From the NCBI RefSeq assembly GCF_001194135.2, contig NC_069002.1, forward strand, positions 28,945,718-28,996,131: a stretch of 50,414 bases of DNA. The letters run 5' to 3'. The notes under the pieces were generated by a model. It had not been told where the DNA came from. It saw only the letters and a program-made list of their open reading frames with translations, and did no database searches. This document shows, piece after piece, positions 12,787 to 25,076 of the stretch; position 1 is the first letter of the stretch; every line of letters begins with the position of its first letter. This DNA comes from Octopus bimaculoides. Its lineage: Eukaryota. The position numbers and the translations under genes were made by a program.

Positions 12787-12850
12787 GTTTGAACATAAAA
12801 CAGGTAGAATATTTGGGCCAGATATGGCCTGTTTAAATGCTAAAGGATTA

Positions 12851-13159
<309 letters not shown>

Positions 13160-13160
13160 T

Positions 13161-13915
13161 TACCACCAACGCCACCACCGTACTGCTATTACCACCAACG
13201 CCACCACCGTACTGCTATCACCACCAACGCCACCACCGTACTGCTATTACCACCAATGCCACCACCATGCTGCTATTACCACCAACGACACCACCGTACT
13301 GCTATTGCCACCAACGCCACCACCGTAATGCTATTACCACCAACGCCACCACCATGCTGCTATTACCACCAACGCCACCACCATGCTGCTATTACCACCA
13401 ACGCCACCACCACCATGCTGCTATTACAACCAATGCCAACACCACCACCATGCTGCTATTACCACCGCCATCACCACCATACAACTATTACCACAAATGC
13501 CAGCACCACCACCATGCTGCTATTACGACCAATGCAACCACCATACTGCTATTACCACCAACGCCACCACCGTAATGCTATTACCACCAACGCCACCACC
13601 ACCATGCTGCTATTACCACCGTACTGCTATTACCATCAACGCCACCACCGTACTGCTATTGCCACCAACGCCACCACCGTAATGCTATTACCACCAACAC
13701 CACCACCATGCTATTACCACTAACATCACCACCATGCTATTACCACTAACACCACCACCATGCTATTACCACTAACACCACCAATGCCAACACCATACGG
13801 TTATTACCACCACATTGTTACTACCACCACTACGAACATCATTATTACCACCATCAGCTCTACTATCACTGCTATCACTACAATCAGCAATACACCACCA
13901 CCACCACCACCACAC
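13161..13915. repeat. 29-bp minisatellite (ACCACCAACGCCACCACCGTACTGCTATT) decaying into a CAC/ACT trinucleotide repeat
   Basis: Unit starts at 13162, 13191 and 13220. Confidence 0.95.
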
Positions 13916-14264
13916 AAGGCTGTATTCCTGAGAAAGGTAAATAAAACTTGCTGCCAAAACATGCAGTTGGTAAAGGACAATTTAATGCAAAATCAAATCC
14001 ATGACAATGCATAAAATTTGCCAAAACATTTATCTGGAGGTTACCAGGATAAAAAGGAAACAATAGATAATAAATATAAACAAAAATATTTATATCTTTG
14101 ACTTAGTCTATGCACAACAAAGCAGAATAATTAAAAGATACATTTTCAACACATTCCTGTCCACAAGAATGTGAAAGGCATTCTCTGTAAGGTTTTGGAA
14201 TTTGTTTCAGAGGGGATGGGGGGAAGAATAACCACTCTAAAAACTTTTTATCCATTTATGTGTT

Positions 14265-14612
14265 TCTTTTATTTGACTGTGGCCACGCTGGAGCACCACC
14301 TCGAAGGGTTTTAGTTGAACAAATCGACCCCAGGAATTGTTTATCAAGCCTTGTACTTATTCTGATTTGTTTTGTTGAACTGCTAAGTTATGGGGATGCA
14401 AGTGCACCAACACTGGTTTGTCAAGCAGGAACAGCCACAAACACACACACAACAAGCTTCTTTTAATTTCCATCAACCAAATCCACTCAAGGCTTTTATT
14501 GGCCTGTGACTATAGTAGAAGACACTTGCTCAAGGTGCCATGCAGTGGGACTGAACCTGGAACCATGTATTTGGGAAGCAAGCTTCTTACCACACAGCCA
14601 TGCCTGTGCCTA
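14265..14612 (-). mobile_element. SINE family A, diverged copy
   Basis: Similar to 6984-7384. Confidence 0.8.
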
Positions 14613-15140
14613 TGTAAAAAGAAAAAATGCTGAGCCAAAAGGAAAAGACTATCAAGCTGAACTCTAAGTGATGTCACATTGGTAACCAGTGACTGGCGCC
14701 AGCAAAAACATGATAGGATGGGACATGGACACAATGGCTGTTGGATAGTGTATTAGTAAGGAGATATAGAAGATAAATATATAGTATATGTGCTATTGGA
14801 ATTGAAACTGAGACCCCATGGTTGCAAANNNNNNNNNNNNNNNNNNNNNNNNNNNNNNNNNNNNNNNNNNNNNNNNNNNNNNNNNNNNNNNNNNNNNNNN
14901 NNNNNNNNNNNNNNNNNNNNNNNNNNNNNNNNNNNNNNNNNNNNNNNNNNNNNNNNNNNNNNNNNNNNNNNNNNNNNNNNNNNNNNNNNNNNNNNNNNNN
15001 NNNNNNNNNNNNNNNNNNNNNNNNNNNNNNNNNNNNNNNNNNNNNNNNNNNNNNNNNNNNNNNNNNNNNNNNNNNNNNNNNNNNNNNNNNNNNNNNNNNN
15101 NNNNNNNNNNNNNNNNNNNNNNNNNNNNNNNNNNNNNNNN

Positions 15141-15180
<40 letters not shown>

Positions 15181-15963
15181 ATTCTTTCAGTTTCTGTTCA
15201 CCAAATCCATTCAGAAGGCTTTGATCAGTTTGGGGCTATAGCAGAAAATACTTGCCCAAGGTACCATGCAGTGGGACTGAACCTGGAGCCATGTGGTTGA
15301 GAGGCAAACTTCTTACCACACAGCCATGCCTGCATCTATATCATTTAACGTCCATGTCACATTCTGTAACAAATTGACAGCATCTGATGTGTCCAAAGGA
15401 CAGCATCATGCTTATGTGTCTACTTTGGTATGGTTTCTATAAGAGTTTAGAGTTAATTGTCAGAAGAAGAACACTTAATTCCATAGACTAGTAATATTTT
15501 TATTTTGGTCAAGTCTGTTTCTCCAGACCTGCCTGATGATCTTGTGAATGCATTGGCAAAACTCGAGAGTAGCAAGAGACTGACCAAGCAAAAATAAAAA
15601 TGTATCATTTAAAAGTGTACTTGAATTGTGCAGCAAGCCAATTAGCACGTGGTAACATGCATATATTGTATAAAGCTTAATATTAATTATAATATTAATT
15701 ATGCTTTCTGCTTGTGAATATACAAGCACAAAAAGAAAACAATACAGGATGGATAAGTCTTAAATGTATTAGTTTAACACTTAAAAAGAAGGAAAGATGT
15801 CTTGATGTTTTGGACACTAGTCCTTCATCTGAAGGAAAGAAAAAATAAAATGAGAAAAGGCAGCTGGGAAAAAATTCAGTTAGATAAGAAAATATAGCCT
15901 TATTCCAAATTAACAAAAACCAGTTCCAGATATTTCCATATAGATATATACTCTTTCTTTTAC

Positions 15964-16090
15964 CTGTACTTCAACTTCTCCTTGGAGTTTTTCCATTTCT
16001 CCCAAAATGGCAGAAACCAGAGAAGATTTTCCAGCACCAACTTGACCAACAACAGCAATTAGTTTGTTCAGTGGAAACTGTAAGTTAATA
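15964..16090 (-). CDS. ABCC1: MRP exon E15 (127 nt, 2/0): NBD1 Walker A, GQVGAGKS
   Basis: Hand-translated INLQFPLNKLIAVVGQVGAGKSSLVSAILGEMEKLQGEVEVQ. Confidence 0.97.
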
Positions 16091-16226
16091 CTGAAAAAAG
16101 CAGGAGCAAAAAAAAAAATCAGAAATGATAAAACAAAACCAGAAATGAAATAAAAACAACAAAAAACAAAAAAATGAAATTATGTTATACATCTTGATTG
16201 GTCAATTTTGCTCACATAAAACCATG

Positions 16227-16598
16227 TTGTTGGCACTCCATGGCTTATGACGTCGAGTGTTCCAGTTGATCCGATCAACGGAACAGCCTGCTCGTGAAAT
16301 TAACGTGCAAGTGGCTGAGCACTCCACAGACACGTGTACCCTCAAAGTAGTTCTCGGGGATACTCAGCGTGACATACAGTGCGACAAGGCTGACCCTTTG
16401 AAATACAGGTACAACAGAAACAGGAAGTAAGAGTGAGAGAAAGTTGTGGTGAAAGAGTACAGCAGGGTTCACCACCATCCCCTGCCGGAGCCTCGTGGAG
16501 CTTTAGGTGTTTTCGCTCAGTAAACACTCACAACGCCCGGTCTGGGAATTGAAATCACGAGTCCGCTGCCCTAACCACTGGGCCATTGCACCTCCACT
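16227..16598 (-). mobile_element. SINE family B, full length, with a 12-bp TSD
   Basis: TSD CATAAAACCATG at 16215-16226 and 16599-16610. Confidence 0.93.
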
Positions 16599-17371
16599 CA
16601 TAAAACCATGACCTATAGGTAAACCCACAGAAGGAATCAGTTGCTCAACATTTCTAGCAATTGTGTTGACCCTAAGATTTAGGGACTAAGAGACAGGTTT
16701 TAATATTTGATCCTCATTTAAAACAGAATTTTTTCATTTTTCCTTTTTGCTGTTCACTCTACATTGGATGCTGAGAGAGCTTCATTGCCAGCAGTTTTAA
16801 GACAACTCAGGCCCACAAAGATAAAAACTAACAAATGAAATAATTGAACACATAAAAAGATGATGTAAAAATGTAAAGATGTACAGAAGATAAAATGAAA
16901 TGGAAACAACAAAGAGGAGTTTCTGAAAGTGGAAAAACAAAAAGGTGAAAATCCACTTAATCCATTACTTCCCATAATTCTATTAACTGGAATTTTTTTA
17001 TGAAACTGGTTTCTAGCATAAAACAGCCTTAGAAACATGCTGGAATGATCAAAATAACATTTCAAAATAATATTTTAGATAGAAATAAGTGAGATATTGG
17101 GTGAAAAATTAGCAAACCTCATTTGAATATCAGAGAAATATACCTAGTAGATATAGCAAAAAGTTAGATATGTGTAAATATTGACAGATAATTACGAAAT
17201 TTGTAATTTTTAAGTGATCTCATACGAGATCACTGGTAGGTAATGAGTTAAATAGAACAGCACAAACCAAATACTGCATAAACTGAGGAACAACTGTAAT
17301 TAAGAGAGAAAAAAAACAAACAAACAAAAAACAAAAAGAAACAATGTAGATAAATAAAAAGAGGAACTTAC

Positions 17372-17438
17372 TTCTTCAAAAGAGGTCCAGATGATTTTGA
17401 CCAGGAAAAGTCTGCCATGGTAATTCTCACAGCATTTT
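17372..17438 (-). CDS. ABCC1: MRP exon E14 (67 nt, 1/2): ENAVRITMADFSWSKSSGPLLK(N)
   Basis: Hand-translated; NBD1 A-loop F-S-W; acceptor ccccag, donor gtaagt. Confidence 0.92.
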
Positions 17439-19043
17439 CTGGGGGACAAAAATGATTTAAATGAACAAAGAATCTGATGCAAGTAAAATATCTTGTTTAA
17501 TGCCATCATTTTCAAAAAGCTTAATTAAAACTATTTCTCAGGACATCGAAATTAATGAAAGCAAACATCTAATCTTCAAATAACAGCAACATTCGTCAGA
17601 ATTCTACACCAATTTAACATCCATATTNNNNNNNNNNNNNNNNNNNNNNNNNNNNNNNNNNNNNNNNNNNNNNNNNNNNNNNNNNNNNNNNNNNNNNNNN
17701 NNNNNNNNNNNNNNNNNNNNNNNNNNNNNNNNNNNNNNNNNNNNNNNNNNNNNNNNNNNNNNNNNNNNNNNNNNNNNNNNNNNNNNNNNNNNNNNNNNNN
17801 NNNNNNNNNNNNNNNNNNNNNNNNNNNNNNNNNNNNNNNNNNNNNNNNNNNNNNNNNNNNNNNNNNNNNNNNNNNNNNNNNNNNNNNNNNNNNNNNNNNN
17901 NNNNNNNNNNNNNNNNNNNNNNNNNNNNNNNNNNNNNNNNNNNNNNNNNNNNNNNNNNNNNNNNNNNNNNNNNNNNNNNNNNNNNNNNNNNNNNNNNNNN
18001 NNNNNNNNNNNNNNNNNNNNNNNNNNNNNNNNNNNNNNNNNNNNNNNNNNNNNNNNNNNNNNNNNNNNNNNNNNNNNNNNNNNNNNNNNNNNNNNNNNNN
18101 NNNNNNNNNNNNNNNNNNNNNNNNNNNNNNNNNNNNNNNNNNNNNNNNNNNNNNNNNNNNNNNNNNNNNNNNNNNNNNNNNNNNNNNNNNNNNNNNNNNN
18201 NNNNNNNNNNNNNNNNNNNNNNNNNNNNNNNNNNNNNNNNNNNNNNNNNNNNNNNNNNNNNNNNNNNNNNNNNNNNNNNNNNNNNNNNNNNNNNNNNNNN
18301 NNNNNNNNNNNNNNNNNNNNNNNNNNNNNNNNNNNNNNNNNNNNNNNNNNNNNNNNNNNNNNNNNNNNNNNNNNNNNNNNNNNNNNNNNNNNNNNNNNNN
18401 NNNNNNNNNNNNNNNNNNNNNNNNNNNNNNNNNNNNNNNNNNNNNNNNNNNNNNNNNNNNNNNNNNNNNNNNNNNNNNNNNNNNNNNNNNNNNNNNNNNN
18501 NNNNNNNNNNNNNNNNNNNNNNNNNNNNNNNNNNNNNNNNNNNNNNNNNNNNNNNNNNNNNNNNNNNNNNNNNNNNNNNNNNNNNNNNNNNNNNNNNATA
18601 TATATATATATATATAAATATATGTGTGTGTGCACGTGCTTGTTCCCCCACCCCATCACTTGACAATCAATGCTGGTGCGTTTATGTTCCCGTACCTTAG
18701 CAGTTTGGCAAAAGAGACCAATAGAATAAGTATTAGGCTTACAAAGAATAAGTCCTGGGGTTGATTTGCTCGACTAAAGGCAGTGCTCCAGCATGGCCAC
18801 AGTCAAATGAGTGAAGCAAGAATAAAAGAATACTGTAGACGTATAATTGATTTATGGCACATAACTTAAAAACTAAATCTTATACGGACCCCAGGAGAGA
18901 ACCCCTGACCTAAGGTAACAGAGGAACTTAACCTGAAGCCACACAACCTTGCATGCACCCTCAGTATAACAAATTTTTCAGTTTCCATCCCATGTTGGAT
19001 TATTAGCAAATAAATGTGTTTATCCAAAATATTATTTACTTAC

Positions 19044-19128
19044 CATCAGAGTGAAATTTATTCACGTTGTCAGAGTTTATTTCATCAGAAGTAAGGAATT
19101 TTGATAAACGTGTCACTGCAACATGAGC
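19044..19128 (-). CDS. ABCC1: MRP exon E13 (85 nt, 0/1): AHVAVTRLSKFLTSDEINSDNVNKFHSD
   Basis: Hand-translated; A-x-V-xx-R-L-xx-FL-xx-E motif; donor gtaagt. Confidence 0.93.
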
Positions 19129-19267
19129 CTGGAAAAGATTTGGTCAAAAATAATTTTAAACTAATTCCATTTTGGAATATCTCAAAGAACACACATGGAA
19201 CTACAAATAAGAGTTTCAGATTTTGGTACAAGGCCAGCAATTTTGGGGGAGGGGGTAAGTCGATTAC

Positions 19268-19492
19268 AGCACTTTTTTATATAGCACCAGTACCTTTTTT
19301 TTTTACATGGTACGAGCGTTTTTTTATATGGCACCAGTGCGTTTTTATATGGCACCAGCACTTTTTTATATGGCACCAGTGCATTTTTTATATGGCACCA
19401 GCACTTCTTTTTACATGGCACCAGTGCGTTTTTGTTACATGGCACCAGCACTTTTTTTATATGGCACCAGCACTTTGTTTTACCTGGCACCA
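19268..19492. repeat. Tandem repeat, about 10 units of 21-27 bp (CAGyrC-T(n)-AyATGGCAC)
   Basis: Read directly; the unit resembles the GGTGCTTTTTACGTGGCAC motif of the RTE-tail repeat. Confidence 0.9.
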
Positions 19493-19560
19493 TCATCTTG
19501 TAACCAATAAAACAGCGAAATGTAAAAAAGACACACAAGAATTTCAGGAAAGTGTCTTAC

Positions 19561-19707
19561 CTGGACAAGAAAAGGAATTGCCATTGGAAGCAGATTAATT
19601 GGCAGCCGCAGGATGTTGAAAAGTGAGAGAGACACAAAGGCAGTCTGTGCATCGATGTAATGATCGTCTTTATGAAGGACGTAAGTAGCAAAGGTGGCAA
19701 CCGTTAC
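19561..19707 (-). CDS. ABCC1: MRP exon E12 (147 nt, 0/0): VTVATFATYV...AFVSLSLFNILRLP...VQ
   Basis: AFVSL-x-LFNILR motif (TM11). Confidence 0.97.
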
Positions 19708-20439
19708 CTTTGAAATAAAAGAGAAAATTCCAAAGTAAAATTGCAAAATTAATCAATGGCAATCTATATCAGCTGTAAGTTTGATGTATTATTAAAAAAA
19801 AAAAAAATCCCCCTCAAGGTGGTGCCCCAGCATGGCCACATTCTAATGACTGAAACACGGTAAAAGATATTCTTTTACTTGTTCCAGCATAAGACCCAAA
19901 TGCTTATTTCTTATTCAATCAGTCTCTTTTGCTGAAGCGCTACGTTATGGGGATGCAAACACACCAACAGCAGTTGTCAAACTCGTGGTGAGGGACAAAC
20001 ACAGACGCAATGGGCTTCTTTCAGTTTCTGTCTACCAGTTTCACTCACAAGGCTTTGGTCAGCCCAAGGCTATAGTAGAAGACAATTGCTCAAGGTAACA
20101 CTCAGTAGGACTGAACCTGGAACCATGTGTTCGGAAGGCAAAATTATTACCACACAGCCATGCTTGCAACTATATAATGAACTTCACTGAATTAACAAAA
20201 CTGCCATTAGTTTAACATGTGGCGGAAAGTCTATAAAACGTTAATAAAAATGATTATATTCCATGTTGCCTGTCAACTTATTCACCAGTTAAGCATGCAT
20301 GACAACTGTAAGCTTAAAGTAGTTTTAGAAGGAAATTCTTATGAACTTCAGGTCAACTAAACTGTCAGCAGGTGGCGCATAAATTTACACAGAGGGAAGA
20401 ATATGGTACGTTATCTTTTGTTTCAGCCAGACTGTGGCC

Positions 20440-22070
20440 ATGCTGGGGCACTGTCTTTTGTAAATGTATCAACAAGTTGGCATAGTACTCTCCATCGATG
20501 GTGTGGTCCTTTTGAAGAGTCCATAAAAACCTATGTAATTTACACAGGTGATTTCCAGGATAAAATTTGTTAAAAAAGCTTCTACTCATATAAAATTTGC
20601 ACCCAGAAGTTTTCAGAATTGCCGTTATGGCCAGGGGGGAAAAGGTTTTCAATTTAGTTGTATTTAGCATAATTTTACTTCTGATTAGATTATATTAAAT
20701 TTTCATTAAATAAAAATAATTTCTGTTTAACAAGTATCACATTGAAAGCTATTAAATTACAAAGTGTTTGTGTTGTTTATAATGAACTTTATTTTACATT
20801 TCTTGCCCACAAGAGATTATGTCTGATCTTTAGCACACTGCTATATGTTTTCTCAAATCATGATCACAAGAAATGTTAAGAATTATCAACAAAACAAAGC
20901 TGATGGGTATTGCAAATTAAGCTTAATTACCAATAAACATTAATGGTTTTAGTAAATTTATACAGAAAAATTAAGCATTACACTGTCCAGCATAAAAAAA
21001 GTCAACTTCATTATATTTAAGCCCTTATTTTTTCTGTAAAAACAACCTATTCTGATATTAAATGAGTCAACCTCTGGTATGAATGTTTATGCCTTGTACA
21101 TTCAAAGGCGGTTTATGCCTTGTACATTCAAATGACTGAAACAAGTAAAAGAGTATTTAAAAAAAAAAAAATTCTAAAAAAAATTCTGGAAATGATCTAC
21201 TCATGTAATTTACGCACCCCTCAAGTTTTTATTTTTGTGAAAAAATGCATAAATTACATGGTAGTCAATAAGCACAATGCCTTTTGGATCCCCCAAAAAC
21301 TGAGGCCATCACCTTCCCTACAGATGAAACAACCTTGGCCCTCTTTGGAGCATGTGAAGCGAGGTGTTTTCACTGTATGGATTGTCTCTGGCTCAAAGGG
21401 ATGAAGCCAGCACTCATCCTGGATTGGGAAACACTCAGGGGAAACAAGGTGGATTTGCCTCAAACAATATCAGATTTCCTTGTGATGTGATGTGATTAAC
21501 CTGGTGTGCTTTTGATCAGGTGTCAAAAAAATGTGGCAGTCACCAAGCAGAAACTTTTGCCGTGCTAAGTTCATTGTGCAGAGCATTCTTAACTCTCATG
21601 GGATATGCTAATAGCATTGGCTATTTGACTTATAGTCAATCGCTTGTCATCCATCACTATGTGGAGAACACGAGCAATGTTTTTCTTGGTGGTGGCAGTT
21701 GCAGGATGTCCAGATCTTGAGCCATCTTCAAAACTCTCCCTTTCCCTCCTTAGCTCAGCTGCCCACTTTTGCACTGTTGATAAAGATGGAGCATCGCTCC
21801 CTAATGTAGCAACCATGTCAGCATGAATGTCCTTGGGGGCTAAACCCATTTTTCTGCAGGTATTTAATACCACAATGCCAAATTTTGTCCATTGTCAAGA
21901 GCAGTCACCACCAGTTACTTTTGAAGTCTGAACAGTCAGATATTAATTTAATTGGAAAGAAACAATACAGTTATTAATAATAAGGGTTGAAATTAAAGCA
22001 TGCAAAATTTCACAGCTCTAGCATCACTCCTTCATGAATAGCCTTTGAACTTTTCAGCCCACCCCCATCC
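20440..22070 (-). mobile_element. Degenerate mariner transposon (5' end, transposase 5' half), interrupted at about 20521-21258
   Basis: ATG at 21892: MDKIWHCGIKYLQKMGLAPKDIHADM...; QDECWLHPFEPET; KVMASVF..KGIVLIDY; resumes LQKDHTIDGEYYANLL at about 20518; TIR-like GGGGGTGGGCTGAAAAGTTC near 22050-22070. Confidence 0.88.
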
Positions 22071-22268
22071 ATATATAATGGATTATATTGATATAATTAA
22101 GAATTTTAATTGTTTAACAGTAATCATAATAAAAGATGAAAGCATTCAAATGTTTTGTTTAATTGTATAAAGTCATTTATTAAAGGGAAAAAATAATGTC
22201 CAAGATATTTTATTTGTCATGTAAAAGACAGAACAATAAATGTTAACCAAGAATTTGTGAGTACTTAC

Positions 22269-22406
22269 GAGAAATGGAGCACAAAGCCAGCAGAAAGTAG
22301 AAAAGGCATTAAGGTATGCAGCTTTTCGAAGGACTGCCAGTTCTTGATGCCTGATCTTAAGAATTTTTTTCTCGAGAGATCCTTCCCAGGCATAGAGTTT
22401 AAGAAT
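22269..22406 (-). CDS. ABCC1: MRP exon E11 (138 nt, 0/0): ILKLYAWEGSLEKKI...CWLCAPFL
   Basis: Hand-translated; KLYAWE motif; acceptor attcag, donor gtaagt. Confidence 0.96.
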
Positions 22407-23519
22407 CTGAATAAAGTAAAAAAAATAAAAAAGAAAATCAAATCACTCAATCTTTAATCATTCATTGTCTTACTATGAATGATTGATCTGGCTTTAATCA
22501 TTTTGATCAAATGCTTTTCTTTGCCTTCTATTTTTTCTTTTGATTTTATCCTTTTACTTGTTTCAATAAGATAGAGGATGAAGGTATTGGATTTCTTTTT
22601 CTTCTGGCTCCACTTCTTGCATTAACCTTCTTCACATTTTTCTTGTTTTTCTCATAGACCAGCATCGTGGTTTTCAAATAGGTCCAGTGGTATGCACTAA
22701 ACCTGAAAGATTGCTTGAAGACTCATGCTATGTATATAAATCTGCCAATTTATGGTATCTCTACAGCATGAAACTAAGTAGCCCTTTTCTAAGTTTTGTA
22801 TATATTAATGATACTTATTTCTAATTGGACGGAGTACATTTTTCTTGATACTCTTCTCAGTCATCCAACATTTCCTCCGTTTTATTGTTAAATACTAAAA
22901 TACCCTGCTACAAAGAAAATTAAAACAGAAAACTAATTAATTAGCTTAGAATATGAGTATATATTTACAGGTGAAAATATTTATGAGTTTAAACACTAAG
23001 TTTGTTGTGGAGTAAAACAATGTTTATCTTCAAGCAGGTTAAACGTTTCCCTTGGTCAGTGACATACCTTGCCAAAAACATGCAGCCATGGCTGGTTTGA
23101 ACATAAAGCAAATAGAATATTTGGGGGCCAGTTTAAATGCTAAAGGGTTAATTTCAAATCCTAATTTCTAATTCTGTCTCATGCTAGTACCCCCTGACTG
23201 GCCTTCGTGCCGGTGGCACGTAAAAGCACCCACTACATTCTCCGAGTGGTTGGCATTAGGAAGGGCATCCAGCTGTAGAAACTACCAAATCAGATTGGAG
23301 CCTGGTGTAGCCATCTGGTTTTCACCAGTCCTCAGTCAAATCGTCCAACCCATGCTAGCAAGGAAAGCGGACGTTAAACGATGATGAGGATGATGTTGAG
23401 TAGCAAATAACATGGAGAACCAGGGCAGTTTAGAAATTGAGGTGTAATGGGGAAAAATATCATTAAGCAATAAGCAACCTAATGTCATATTTGATTCCAT
23501 AAGTCACAACAAGTGCTGA

Positions 23520-24150
23520 CTTATTGAAAAAGGATATGTGAAGACTTGAAAGAAATGAATCCAGTATGCTCTGCTGGATGAGTAATGTCAGTATGCTTAT
23601 ATGACAGAGTGTAAGTGATTTGAGAGAAAAACTGGGTATACATAGCATCTGATGCAGTATGTGAGAGAGAAGACTGCACTGGTATGGCCATGTAATGCAT
23701 ATAAATGAAGACAGTTGCATCAGGAGGTGCTGATCTCTAATTGTAGAGGGAGCATGTGGAAAGAGTAGACCCAGCAAGACATGGGACGAAATGGTGAGAA
23801 AGGATCTACAGATGTTGGGACTCATAGAGGGGATGGCAGGGAACCGAGACTCCTGGTGGTTTGCTGCATTTGAAGAGACATGCCAAGCTAAGTAAAAGCA
23901 TTGGTTGTCCTTGCATACAGGCTTGTCCCCTGAATTCCTCTCCAGCTGAGAGATCCTAATCTTGCAGGCTTGTGGGTGCTGGTGCCACATAAAAAGCACC
24001 CACTACATTCTGTAAAGTGTTTGGCATTAGGAAGGGCATCCAGTCATAGAAACTAAGCCAAAACAGAGAACTGGAGCCTGGTACAGCTCTCCAGCTGTCC
24101 AGCTCCTGTCAAACTGCCCAACCCAGGATGGAAAAAATGGACAGATGATG
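23520..24150 (+). mobile_element. RTE-clade LINE 3' end (ORF2 C-terminus plus 3' UTR)
   Basis: RLERNESSML..W...RRLHWYGHVM...EG..G..RP.KTW.E.V.KDL with stops, then a GAT-type tail. Confidence 0.88.
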
Positions 24151-24180
24151 ACGAATATTAAAAAGGAAGTACATATTTAC

Positions 24181-24501
24181 TTTTATTCCAGAGAGAACTT
24201 CATTCATGAGGCGCAGCCTAGAGTCTTTGAGCAGCATCTGTCTGATCTGGTATTTACGAGACTTCGATGTTGTGAACACATTGATGGGTATGAGAAGTAA
24301 CATCACTGCAAGTCCTGCCAACGTGGCAATGCCAACTTGCTGCCACAACAAATAAGTACAAAGAATTATTTGCAACGGACCTGACCATACCAAGTACAAA
24401 TAGGAGATGCAGTTATCAATACGTTCGCAGTCAATGGCCATCAGGTTGACAATCTCACCAACAGTAGATCGGGAACGAGCTTCTGCATTAATCATCAAAG
24501 C
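24181..24501 (-). CDS. ABCC1: MRP exon E10 (321 nt, 0/0): ALMINAEARSRSTVGEIVNLMAID...NEVLSGIK
   Basis: TVGEIVNLM and WS-x-PLQI motifs; canonical splice sites. Confidence 0.97.
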
Positions 24502-24557
24502 CTGGGAAAATATTAAAAAAAAAATACAGATTCACATATTTGAAAGATGGAATAGAT

Positions 24558-24813
24558 CAGTGGTTCAAAACAAGGGGCTCCATTTGACCCTTAGGGGTCC
24601 ACGTAAGATTTTGTTATTGAAATTTATGAGCAATAGACCGCTTATATTTCTACAACACAAAATGTTTTAACACTTTTTTTTTTATACAATTCCTAATAAT
24701 TTTTAATTATAAAAATACAATATGGTCTTAAAACATTGAATGGTTCTGAGGATCCACCTGAGTAAAATAAGAAGCAAATGGGGCCATAGGGAAAACATGG
24801 TGGAGAAACTCAG
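24558..24813. mobile_element. hAT-type MITE
   Basis: CAGTGGTT start and GAGAAACTCAG end; 8-bp TSD GAATAGAT/GTATAGAT (7 of 8 match). Confidence 0.7.
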
Positions 24814-24849
24814 GTATAGATGAAAACAATAACTGATTTTTTTTCTTTT

Positions 24850-25076
24850 TAACCCTTTCAATACCAACCCGGCTGAAACCACCTCTGGCTCTGTAGTACA
24901 AATATCTTGTTTTCATAAGTTTCGAATTAAAATCTTCCACCAAACCTTAGTAACAATTTATGTTCCTAACACTAGCTTAATAATGACTAAGTTATTTTAC
25001 GAAATTCTTTGTTATATTTAAAGTAACTGAAAGAAACACAGAGCATCTCAGAATAAATACGGTAACAAAAGGGTTA
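24850..25076. mobile_element. TAACCCTTT...AAAGGGTTA MITE (related copies near 7790-7982, 48597-48872 and 49330-49484)
   Basis: Short TIRs and dispersed homologous copies. Confidence 0.8.

Noticed and set aside
13256-14014. His/Pro/Thr/Cys-rich ORFs resembling metal-binding or mucin proteins
   Set aside because: All frames of a 29-bp minisatellite whose unit is not a multiple of 3; antisense within an intron
15536-15586. Possible 51-nt in-frame cassette exon SLATLEFCQCIHKIIRQ between E15 and E16 (coordinates approximate)
   Set aside because: Weak donor (GTCTGG), no homology, and it would interrupt NBD1 between Walker A and the Q-loop
15790-15815. GATGTTTTGGACACTAGTCCTTCATCTGAAGG resembling a Penelope-type terminus
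   Set aside because: Too short and diverged to support an element call
19268-19492. CRISPR-like regularly spaced repeats (also 37535-38060)
   Set aside because: Eukaryotic DNA, no unique spacers, no cas genes
19702-19709. AG|GTAACG at the E12 start as a recursive splice site
   Set aside because: Explained by a Val codon at phase 0; the intron is short and there is no other support
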